Shown: piece after piece, positions 52,046 to 63,530 of the stretch | How positions within the stretch are numbered: position 1 is the first letter of the stretch | Layout: each line of letters begins with the position of its first letter | Origin: Octopus sinensis | Taxonomy: Eukaryota | Assembly: GCF_006345805.1 (NCBI RefSeq) | Contig: NC_043019.1 | Span: 1,054,001 to 1,118,000 of the forward strand | DNA length: 64,000 bases | Direction: 5' to 3' | Notes under the pieces: model-generated | The model's input: the letters and a program-made list of their open reading frames with translations, nothing else | Told to the model about the DNA's origin: nothing | Database searches by the model: none | Program-made: the position numbers and the translations under genes

Positions 52046-52864
52046 CAGATAGATATTTACACACACGTGTGTGTTTATGTTTGTGTCTTTGTTCGTTTCA
52101 GGTGTGTTTGTGTGTGTGTGTGTGTGTATTTGAGGTGCATAGGTACGTTTAAACGATTAATGTATACCATAACCATATTTCTGATGATTTTTAACTAAGT
52201 GAAGGGAAAAATAACTTTGACTATCATTAGACAAATTGTTTTGATAATATATATTCATTGTTCTTACCAGATATCAGCATTTCCGACACTGACTTTTGGC
52301 TTGAATCTATCACCTCAATGAAAGGCATCGGCAAAAAAGGTAAATAAGTAACATTCTCCCAATACGTGGAAGTCAGTAAGTAAGATATTTTTTGATGTTG
52401 ATGTTGTCGTCTGCCAAAGTAACAGTCGTGTAGATGAGCTTACAAAACATCATATATCAAAGCAATAATGTTTGACATTCTCTATTTGCTTGCACTAATA
52501 AATTAATAACATCTTGGTAAGCCTAAGATCGTATTAGCAAATTATTTGTTCCTTGCATTCTATAGAAATAAACATTTGTTTTTCTTGTTTACCTTCAGTG
52601 TTCCAAGACTTGCATTTCGCTGATGTGTTACGATTATGCCTAAACGTTTCTCTAAGCAAGTAGTCCGCAGGGTAAATCAAGCGTGTTTCGTCAACACGCG
52701 TGATGTTAAACAATTTGTTTTCCAAAGGGGAGATCTAAAGGTATAAACAACTTTCACGTACGACTCGGGTGGAAATATGTATTTATGTATGTAAGTATGT
52801 ATGTATGTATCTATATATGTATGTATGTATTTATGTATCTATATATGTATGTATGTATACAATC

Positions 52865-53757
52865 TTTACTTGTTTCAATTCTATTGACTGCGGCATGCTG
52901 GAGCACCGCCTTTAATCGAGCAAATCGACCCCGGGACTTATTTTTGTAAGCCCAGTACTTATTCTATCGGTCTCTTTTGCCGAACCGCTAAGTGACGGGG
53001 ACGTAAACACACCAGCATCGATTGTCAAGCAATGCTAGGGGGACAGACAGAGACAACAAACACACACACATATATATATACATATATACGACAGGCTTCT
53101 TTCAGTTTCCGTATACCAAATCCACTCACAAGGCATTGGTCGGCCGGGGCTATAGCAGAAGACACTTGCCCAAGATGCCACGCAGTGGGACTGAACCAGA
53201 AGCCTTGGTGGGTTAGCAAGGTACTTACCACACAGCTGCGCCTATATGTATATATGTATGTATGTATGTATGTAGTATGTATGTATCTATGTATGTTATG
53301 TATCTATGTATGTTGTATGTATGTATGTATGTATGTATGTATGTATCATATATGTATGTATGTATACACTATATGTTACTTGTTTCAATCATTTGACTGC
53401 GGCCATGCTGGAGCACCGCCTTTAATCGAGCAAATCGACCCGGGGACTTATTCTTTTGTAAGCCCAGTACTTATTCTATCGGTCTCTTTTGCCGAACCGC
53501 TAAGTGACGGGGACGTAAACACACCAGCATCGATTGTCAAGCAATGCTAGGGGACAGACAGAGACACACAAACACACAACACATATATATTACATAATAC
53601 GACAGGCTTCTTTCAGTTTCCGTCTACCAAATCCACTCACAAGGCATTGGTCGGCCCGGGGCTATAGCAGAAGACACTTGCCCAAGATGCCACGCAGTGG
53701 GACTGAACCCAGAACCATGTGGTTGGTTAGCAAGTTACTTACCACACAGCTGCGCCT
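52865..53757 (-). repeat. Tandem duplication of a family-B SINE plus (TATG)n spacer (about 510-bp period)
   Basis: Shared private variants ATCGATTGTC, TTTAATCGAG and CAGCTGCGCC in both copies. Confidence 0.85.
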
Positions 53758-53759
53758 AT

Positions 53760-53762
53760 ATG

Positions 53763-53796
<34 letters not shown>

Positions 53797-53814
53797 TGTA
53801 TGTATGTATGTATC

Positions 53815-53848
<34 letters not shown>

Positions 53849-54030
53849 TGTATGTATGTATGTATGTATGTATGTATCTATATATGTATGTATGTATCTA
53901 TATATGTATGTATGTATGTATGTATCTATATATGTATGTATGTATCTATATATGTATGTATGTATTTATGTCTGTTTGTATGTATTTATGTATATGTATG
54001 TACGTGTGTGTATGTATGTATGTATGTATG
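53760..54030. repeat. (TATG)n microsatellite with TATCTATA interruptions
   Basis: Direct reading. Confidence 0.95.
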
Positions 54031-54336
54031 TATTAGTCAATCTCTCTCTCTCTCTCTTATCTATCTATCTATCTATCTATCCTATATATCTATATTATAT
54101 ATATATATATATAGATATATATACTAACATACATATATATTTATAAAATAAGGGTTTAGCAACAAGTTGCTTGACACATATGGAAAATTTTAGAAATAGC
54201 AGTCAAAGGACTTTTATTTCTTTTTTCTACAAAAATATGTCTCCACAGACAACAATATTTGTAACTCAAACAAGGCAAAACAATTAAATAATTATCTTTC
54301 ACCCTATATCTGTAATGGGTATATATATATATATAT

Positions 54337-54388
<52 letters not shown>

Positions 54389-54504
54389 TCAGTGGCTAAG
54401 GCGTCGAGTAACGCAAGGATACCATGGACGGTTAAGAGGGAAAGGTCCCTTGAACCCCGTTCCCCTTTACATGGTGATATAATTGAGAAGGTTATAGATT
54501 TAAA

Positions 54505-54656
54505 GTGAAGGCGCATGGCTAAGTGGTTAGAGCTTCGAGCTTACGATCGTGAGGTTGTGAGTTCGAATCCCGGACCGGGTTGCGTGTTGTGTTCTTGAGC
54601 AAGACACTTTATTTCACATTGCTCCAGTTCACTCAGCTGTAGAAATGAGTTGCGAG
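54505..54656 (+). mobile_element. CORE-SINE family D, 5' half
   Basis: A box, GAGTTCGAATCC B box, CORE-like domain. Confidence 0.8.
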
Positions 54657-54953
54657 GTTTAACATATATTGGAGCATGTATGTTTAACATATATTGGAGC
54701 ATGTATGTGTGTGTATTTGTCTCTTTACTCTTTACTCTTTTACTTGTTTCAGTCATTTGACTGTGGCTATGCTGGAGCACCACCTATAGTCGAGCAAACC
54801 GACTCCAGGACTTATTCTTTGGCCGAACCGCTAAGTTACGGGTCGTAAACACACCAGTATCGCTTGTCAAGCGATGTTGGCGGACAAACACAGACACACA
54901 AACATACGTACACACACATTACATATATATATATAATATATATATATATATAC

Positions 54954-55003
<50 letters not shown>

Positions 55004-55141
55004 GTGTGTGTGGGTCTGTATGGTGTGTGTGTGAATGTGTGTGTGTGAATGTGTGGTGTGTGTGAATGTGTGTATGGTTTGCTAGTTACTTAGGTAGCAA
55101 AATATATAAATAGATAGATAGATAGTTAGATAGGTACTTAT

Positions 55142-55206
<65 letters not shown>

Positions 55207-56100
55207 GAAGATAGGTAGATATTAGCAAAATAGAGATAGTAAGTGTTTGAAATTTTATACAGTATACAGATGCAACGAAGTAAAATATCGATTGGAGATG
55301 GGAATGCGTATAGAATAACTTCTGAAATTACGCTTATGTTTTTGTGTCCGCTTGTGAAAAAAGTGTTTCTGTGCGCGTAGCGTGGAAGCATTCGGAAAAA
55401 CAAGGTATGTGAATGAGACAAGGAATGAATGAGCGAATGAGAAAGTGCGCGAAAGAGAAAAAGAGACAGTTAGAGTTAAGGAATGATTAACTTGTTTTTT
55501 TTAGGTAGACGGCAGATAGTTACAGGAAGATGAAATGGGTTTTTGAAATACCAGAATCAAAAACGAGATGTAAAAATCAAATGCTTTTTAGAAGTTCTAA
55601 AGGGACAACAGCAAAGATGAGAAAAAAAATTGGGATAGTCACGACCGGAGTGTCTTTGAGACCATATTTTCGTTTGATCACCAATGTCAACAACTGTACT
55701 TTATATTTCTAGACGAAAACACGCAATGCCAGATGCAAAACAAATGGATGCATATACACAACACCAGCAGCTACAATATCTGTATGTGTGTGAGTGTGTC
55801 TATCTTTATGTGTGTGAGTATATCATTATATGTATCTGTTTGTCTGTCTATTTGCATATCTATTTATCTGTCTGTCTGGTTTTCTCTCTCCATCTCTGTC
55901 TTTCTCCTTCACTCTCTCTCTCTTCTCTCTATATTTTTCTCTCTCTCTGTTTATATATATATATATATATATATATAACAATTTAGGAATGGCCTAAACA
56001 GGCCATTCGTCCACCAGAAAGAGCAGCCAGAACTCCAACCGCCAAGTAGTGCAATTCGGGGAAATAAGGTGAAAATTTAAAAACGTTTACCCTAATTCAT

Positions 56101-56197
56101 CTTTTATACGATGCATCGTTTCAGTGTCTTTATGATAGACCAGCTTAATTAAATTAAATTAAGCTAGTCTACCATAGGTCACATTCATCAGTAAAAG
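56101..56197 (-). ncRNA. Type I hammerhead ribozyme motif, copy 1
   Basis: CTTTTA-CTGATGA-long helix II-GAAA-CGATGCATCG-TA-TAAAAG; cut between 56107 and 56106. Confidence 0.8.
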
Positions 56198-56572
56198 AAA
56201 CCTGGGAGAGACGGATATACACGAGGCGACTGTATCAATGCCTCGGAATATCTGTCTCTTAACATTTTCACAGACCAAAGCATTCGCGCAAACTTATCGG
56301 CAGCAAATATAAACTGCCGATTCAATCTCAGAATTAGTCAGAAAATTATCAATTAATCAATTAGGGTAGCAAAAAATTCAGTAAAAATTTATCGCTACCA
56401 GCGTCCTAGTGGAAAAGAGAAAATAGTCAAGACTAAATATAATAAAATATAACAATTTAGGAATGGCCTAAACAGGCCATTCGTCCACCAGAAAGAGCAG
56501 CCAGAACTCCAACCGCCAAGTAGTGCAATTCGGAAATAAGGTGAAAATTTAAAAACGTTTACCCTAATTCAT

Positions 56573-56670
56573 CTTTTATACGATGCATCGTTTCAGTGTC
56601 TTTAATGATAGACCAGCTTAATTAAATTAAATTAAGCTAGTCTACCATAGTCACACTTCATCAGTAAAAG
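56573..56670 (-). ncRNA. Type I hammerhead ribozyme motif, copy 2
   Basis: CTTTTA-CTGATGA-AGTGT..ACACT-GAAA-CGATGCATCG-TA-TAAAAG; cut between 56579 and 56578. Confidence 0.85.
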
Positions 56671-56758
56671 AAACCTGGGAGAGACGGATATACAGAGGCG
56701 ACTGTATCAATGCCTCTGGAATATCTGTCTTAAAATTTTCAAGACCAACGCATTCGCG

Positions 56759-56814
<56 letters not shown>

Positions 56815-56816
<2 letters not shown>

Positions 56817-56945
56817 GGAAAATTCAAGAAAAAAAGACGAAGACAAGTGGTGTAGAAAAACAAACAGATGTATTAGTATAACATTTAGGAATTGAAAAAG
56901 TATTTTACGTTTCGAGCCTACGCTCTTCCACAGAAAGGAAAGATA
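56815..56945 (-). mobile_element. Family H element (CUGUGGA-core motif at 56903-56936)
   Basis: TTT-CTGTGGA-A-GAGC-GTAG-GCTC-GAAA-CG-TA-AAA. Confidence 0.65.
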
Positions 56946-56995
56946 TATATATATATATAAGAGAACAAGGTGTACGTACGCCGCAATAATATATG

Positions 56996-57119
56996 TATAA
57001 AAATATATATATAAAAATACAAAATGGGACAAGAACGCAACACATTCAAATAGACGAATATCGTCTATTTTAATGTTTGCGTTCTTGTCCCATTTGTATT
57101 TTTATATATATTTTTTATA
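56996..57119. repeat. About 60-bp-arm hairpin with a 3-nt loop
   Basis: ..AAATGGGACAAGAACGCAA..TAGACGA-ATA-TCGTCTA..TTGCGTTCTTGTCCCATTT.. Confidence 0.85.
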
Positions 57120-57131
57120 CATACATACATA

Positions 57132-57162
<31 letters not shown>

Positions 57163-58206
57163 TGAGAGAGAGAAAGAGAGAGAGAGAGAGAGAAATAAGT
57201 GAGATTCAGTTGAATTAAGTACTCAAGCTGAAGTACCGAGTCTGTCCTGTATTACCCGCACACCTCGAAGTAGGGTGGATGAAATCAAAATAAGCAACAG
57301 GACATCAAGTAGTGATGCAGTATGAAAGGATCAAGCGGGTCCATTTAATTCAAGAATGTAATCATTAGATAAATTTAATTGCAATGCCATCTTCAGCTGC
57401 ACAAATAAATAAATGGAATTTTAACATGCACGACACATTCATATAATTTTTCTCAAATATTTTAACAGAGCAAGAAAATAGAAGAAATTCATGTAGTCGC
57501 TATTGTAGCTAAGAATAGACTACACTTCCAAGGACCGCATGAAACTGATTGAAGTCATAGTATTGTAAAGGATTGTAATTCATTTCTATTTTATTTATCT
57601 CTTTATCAACTACCAAATCTAAGACTTGAAGACTGTGTCTATTTTGAATAAAGGACAATAGTGAGTTGAAAGCTCATGGCTAGGTATGTCATAAATAATA
57701 TCATATGTATCCCTTTTCCTCAGGGAGGAAAGAAGACATTAGGAGTAGTCAATTGGATATAAGTAACTGTCTATAAAAAGAAGCTGGGTAGTGGAAGATT
57801 TTAAATCATGGTGTTAATTACCAGTTAAAGGGGCAAGATGTTAAGAAATCTATAATGTTCATACAGAGGAAATTTTATTTTGCGGCACTATGAGTGATTG
57901 TTTATAAACAATAATGTTATGTCGTATAGCAATAAAATTTAAGATTTTCAAAAATGATATTCTAACAAAAATAGGCAGCATGTGTGTATATATCAATTAT
58001 CAGCTTGATAAAGGAAAGATTACATAGAATCAGTTTAATATTCATTCATGTACTTAATGAATTACTTATTAGGTGGTTTCTATAAAGATTGCTCAGGGCA
58101 TTGACTTACGGAATAATTGGAAAGATATACATGCTATCTATAAATTTCAAGTCATGAATCAGAAAAAAATAAAGACACATATAGATACACATTCATTCAT
58201 ATATGT

Positions 58207-58473
58207 GAATATATGCACATATGCACATACGCAAATATTTATACCTTTATATGGATATAGTATAACCATCTCGCATACACATAAGTAACTGAAAAATATC
58301 TATTTATGAACAAGAAAAGTAAAAATTTATAAGGGATTAGAGTTTAATAGGTGACGTGCATGTATGCATACATGCACATGCACAAATATGTATACGTTTA
58401 TATGGGTATAGTATAACCATCTAGCATAGACTTGAGTAACTGAAAAATATATATTTAAGAACAAGAAAAGTAT
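58207..58473. repeat. Diverged two-copy tandem repeat, about 150-bp period
   Basis: TATAGTATAACCATCT..AGTAACTGAAAAATAT..GAACAAGAAAAGTA occurs twice. Confidence 0.8.
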
Positions 58474-59497
58474 TAGTTCATAAAGGGTAAGAGTTTAATA
58501 CGTAAGAATATCAAAATAAGAGAACAAAATGATAAGGATTTATAGAAAATAATAAAAAACGCATACAACCTACATATAAAGAGACTAGGAATGAAGATTT
58601 GAGTTAGAGAAGAGATAAATTTAACCTGAAAAGCGGGGTAACGGTTATGGAAATTGCGAGGGCAGTTACAGGTATTCAAACCGAAGAGGTTCTATAAGTT
58701 GTAATATTACACGTATTATTGTATGTATGATTTTATAGTTCCTAGGGTGTATATGGTTTAGTCGAAAGGAGACTTACATAAAGCCACGACAAATACGCAT
58801 ACATTCAGTGGGTAGAACATCATAAAATGGAAAATAGTGTAATCACCAAAATAGAATGAATTCAGACTAACTAGGCAGGGGTTATCATGGGAGAGCCTTA
58901 TATATAGGACACCACATACCATAACATATAGCTTATAACATATGCAATGCAATTTAATTCACCATATAATATATAAAATCCCATGATTTTATATTTAATA
59001 CTAGAGTGTAAGTTTACAACGGATACGACACCATAATTAATGTACACCATCAAAGTTCAAGTACGGCACCTGTAATCCTTAGTTTCAAATATATATACGT
59101 ACACACACACGTATATGTTGTTCATACACCTATCTTCATTTTTTGTTTTTCTATAAAATTCAACTATATTTGTGTGAGTGAGTAGACTCAAACTCACAAA
59201 CTCACACACAAACAGTCATATATTTATATATATATATGCACACACACACGCATACATATATGAATATATATATATATATATATAATTATATATATATATA
59301 TATATAGATATACATATATATATATATATATATATAATATACATATATATATATATTATATATAATATAATAATATATATATAGATACATATATATATAT
59401 ATTTCAACAATTGAGGGTAAAATTAATTAATTATTAATCAATTTCACCAAGTATTCAGTATGTAAAGGGACCATTTAAGGCGAATTCAAAATATTAC

Positions 59498-59707
59498 ATA
59501 TAAAAAGGCTTAGTAAAATATATTACTTGCCACATACTGAACTCATTAGAAATAGCAGCTAAAAAAAAATTTTTTTTTTTTATTTTTTTAAAACTATTTC
59601 TAATACTATTTCTAATTAGAAATAGTTTTAAAAAAATTTTTTTAGCTGCTATTTCTAATGAGTTCAGTATGTGGCAAAGTAATTTATTTTACTAAGCCCT
59701 TTTATAT
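59498..59707. repeat. About 100-bp-arm palindrome at the end of a TA-flanked element (59400-59707)
   Basis: CATACTGAACTCATTAGAAATAGCAGCTAAAAA is mirrored as TTTTTAGCTGCTATTTCTAATGAGTTCAGTATG. Confidence 0.85.
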
Positions 59708-59712
59708 AATTA

Positions 59713-59784
<72 letters not shown>

Positions 59785-60262
59785 CTATCTATATGCTTAA
59801 CTTTTGTTTTGTCACCTCATCCGTCAAAACGGTTAAACATGAAAATCTTAATCAACAACAAGACATCTGCCATATGTTATACTTCTCTGATACACTTTTG
59901 ATATTTACACGCTTTGCTTTACCATTTTCTCGCCTTCCTTGTAACCACATGTAACTGTAATATATTTATTATTCACACTCACATACATCCACACAATCTC
60001 ACACATATTCTTTAACCCTCTCTACTTGCCAGCTGCAATTATCATTCCAAGTTCCTATATTAACTTATTCCAATTAATGTACGCAATGATACGAATCTGT
60101 ATACGTATACACCATGAAGATTCCACGCTGAGATATTCACAATGTCATCACCTTCATCGTGTGTGCATACACTATAACAAATACATCTACGCAAATTGCA
60201 AACGAATCTTTTTTTTTTCTACACTGTATTGTGGTATTTTTTTGGTGGTATTTCTTTCTAGA

Positions 60263-60478
60263 TGGCGGCGAGCTGGCAGAAACGTTAGCACGCCGGGCGA
60301 AATGCGTAGCCGTATTTGGTCTGCCGGTACGTTCTCAGTTCAAATTCCGCTGAGGTCGACTTTGCCTTTCATCCTTTTGGGGTCGATTAAATAAGTACCA
60401 GTTACGCACTGGAGTCGATATAATCGACTTAATCCGTTTGTCTGTCCTTGTTTGTCCTCTCTGTGTTTAACCCATATT
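60263..60478 (+). mobile_element. SINE family A, full length
   Basis: Consensus match. Confidence 0.85.
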
Positions 60479-61344
60479 AGGTATTTCTTCCTGGATGTTA
60501 ACCTTTCACCTTCCATTGCCACTAGCACTTGACCATCGTGTTTTGTTCCGATTTATACTTAACCAGGCTGGAACACTGGCAAATTCGTTTCGTGTGGATG
60601 GAGATTGTTCCATTCCTCAGATCTTTTCTTTGATAACAATCGGTGTGTAAATGGCTGGATATGCCGGGTAATGTACTCAGTAGAATTTCCACCATGACAC
60701 TTTAAAGGGGATTAGAGAAAAGCAAGTATAATGATCACCTTGGGGAATCTCTCCAAATAGAGAAGGATGAACTTGGGCTTATAAATTATTGCCAGATATC
60801 CTTAGCCTGAGTGTGGAAAAAATGGTGGCATTTTCATGTCGGGATATGCTCCGCAGGTTTGGTTGAGCCGTCAGATAAACCTAATGATGAGGCACGTAGG
60901 GAGATAAAATAACCATGCAAACGCTCATGCAGTGACTAAATATTGCTGACTTGTTTATGTCTAATAGCTACTGTGGTGGATAGGATGGCCCCGACTATCG
61001 GCTGAATCCATTTTGAAATTCACCTACGACACCGTCGATTGTTTTGATTTACACTTCGAAAAGGAGGTGGGGATAGAATTTGAGGTATTGACTCCCTTAA
61101 TTCTTTAAGAGATGCATGAATATCGTGGAGATGATCCGATTGTATTTTTTTCAGAGCCTTCGAGAGTTTTATGGAAAACAGATACGAGGGGCATCTCTCG
61201 TTGGAAAACCATCGGTGGCTGAAGATATCCTTTGTGTCTTACGCCACGTACTGCGAAATATTAATTTTATTTTTTGTTGTTTTATTATATAGGAAAATTG
61301 TTATTGAGTTATATTTTTGTATTGTCTGAAATGTTTTTAGACAC

Positions 61345-62035
61345 AAGGCGCAGGACTGGCTATGTGGTAAGTAGCTTGCTTATCAGCCACATGGTTCCGG
61401 GTTCAGTACCACTGCGTGGTACCTTGAGCAATTGTCTTCTACTATAGCCTCGGACGTACCAAAGCCTTCTGAGTGGATATGGTAGAAGGAAACTGAAAGA
61501 AGGCTGTCGTATATACGTCGCTGGTCACAATGCGCTTCGCATTGATTTAGCCTCCAAATAACGCCACCCCGCTGGCAAAACGAGCAGGCCAACAGAAGAA
61601 AGAGTGAGAAAAAGTTGTGGCGAAAGAATATCGCAGGGACCACCACCACCCCCTGCCGAAGTCTCGTGGAGCTTTGGGTGTTTTCGCTCAAAGAACACTC
61701 ACAAAGCCTGGTCTGGGAATCGAAACCACGATCCTACGAGCGCGAGTCCGCTGCCCTAACCACTGGGCCATTGCGCCTGACGGGTGAATATATGTGTATG
61801 TATATATATATATATATATATATATAATAGTGTGTGTGTGTGTGTGGTGTGTGTGTGTGTATGTTTGTGTGTCCATATCAACATCGCTTGAGAACCGATG
61901 CTGGTGTGTTGTTACGTTCCCGTAACTTAGCGCTTCGTCAAAAAGACCGATAGAAAATAAGAAACTAGGCTTTCATAGACTAAAGGCTTTGCTCCAGCAT
62001 GGTCGTAGTCAAAATGACTGAAACAAGTAAAAGAA
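61345..62035 (+). mobile_element. Family-B SINE interrupted by a family-E(E2) SINE (61515-61778, minus)
   Basis: B head at 61345-61515 and B tail at 61860-62035; E copy in the internal microsatellite. Confidence 0.8.
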
Positions 62036-62138
62036 ATATGAGCAAAAATGAAAGTAGTATTTCTGGCCTACTTGAAAGGTTTGAAACACTTATTTCATTT
62101 TATGTCAAGTTTTGTTAGAACTCCTAAAGCCTTGCATG

Positions 62139-62139
<1 letters not shown>

Positions 62140-62197
<58 letters not shown>

Positions 62198-62226
62198 CAT
62201 TATTATTATTATCATTATCATTATTA

Positions 62227-62261
<35 letters not shown>

Positions 62262-62265
62262 TTAT
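62140..62265. repeat. (ATT)n/(ATC) microsatellite
   Basis: Direct reading. Confidence 0.95.
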
Positions 62266-62269
62266 TAGC

Positions 62270-62600
62270 TCGCAGGGGGCTAGACACAGAGAGGACAAAC
62301 AAGGACAGACAAACGGATTAAGTCGATTATATCGATCCCAGTGCGTAAATGATACTTATTTAATCGACCCCGAAAGGATGAAAGGCAAAGTCGACCTCGG
62401 CTGAATTTGAACTCAGAACGTTACGTTACGTTCTGAGTTCAAATCCTCTCGAGGTCGATATTGCCCTTCATCCTTTTAGGGGTCGATTAAATAAGTACCT
62501 GTTAATCACTGGGGTTGATGAAATCAACTTAATCCCCTTGTCTGTCCTTGTTCGTCCCCTCTATGTTTAGCCCCTTATGGGCAATAAAGAAATAAATTAT
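62270..62600. mobile_element. Two head-less family-A SINEs fused as an inverted pair
   Basis: Centre AGAACGTTACGTTACGTTCTGAG near 62420. Confidence 0.85.
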
Positions 62601-62639
62601 TACTATTATTATTATTGTTATTGCTCTTATTATTACAAT

Positions 62640-63060
62640 GTGAGAGAGCATCCCACGCCATCAAAGTGACATCGAGATACAAATAGACGAATCTGAACTT
62701 GCCCCTTTCCTAAGGGTGCACCAGGCACATGCATCACAATCATATGCGCACGATACGGTAATCATGTATGAAGAGATAAATTAGCGAGGCCCATTTGCAA
62801 TTTTTAACAGCCTATCATGTTGAAGAGGACTACGAATAAAAGTTACATAAGGATGACGAATGAAACACCCGGTTCCAAAATGAATTATTCAGATTCCAAA
62901 AAATTCTTCACTACACATAGTTATGATGCTCTCTCACCAATACAGCGCATTATCAGAATTGCAAAAATCGTCAGCCACTGTGAGACATGCTCAACTGGTT
63001 ATCGACAGTAACTGGAAAACAAATTTATTGTATTAAGCAGAGTATTTGCTGAAATGAAAT
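62640..63060 (+). mobile_element. Old interspersed repeat (LINE-tail-like)
   Basis: Homologous to 47620-48440 (GCCATCAAAGTGACA..AAGGGT(A/G)CACCAGGCACATGCATCACAA..ATCGTCAGCC..GACATGCTCA). Confidence 0.6.
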
Positions 63061-63189
63061 AAATGACAAGGGATGGGAAATCGTGGAATGAACTTCATTA
63101 TCGTACGGCTGTTTATCTTAGCTGTGGGCATGCGCATCGACTCACAGCTTCCTGCTTCATCGAATCTTCTAAAATTGTAATTCTTCGAT

Positions 63190-63199
63190 TTATCTATTC

Positions 63200-63271
<72 letters not shown>

Positions 63272-63286
63272 ATCTATCTATCTATC

Positions 63287-63317
<31 letters not shown>

Positions 63318-63383
63318 CTATCTCCCTATTTATCTATTTATCTATCGATCTATCTGTCTGTCTATCTATCTATCTATCTATCA

Positions 63384-63447
<64 letters not shown>

Positions 63448-63484
63448 CCCTATTTATCTATTTATCTATCGATCTATCTGTCTG

Positions 63485-63529
<45 letters not shown>

Positions 63530-63530
63530 A
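63190..63530. repeat. (CTAT)n microsatellite
   Basis: Direct reading. Confidence 0.95.

Larger units (their letters stand above)
55973..56760 (-). mobile_element. Retrozyme-like / PLE pseudo-LTR tandem (about 474-bp unit, 1.66 copies) in (TA)n
   Basis: 55973-56290 is repeated at 56447-56760; (TA)n at 55952-55977 and 56762-56812; two HHRs. Confidence 0.85.
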
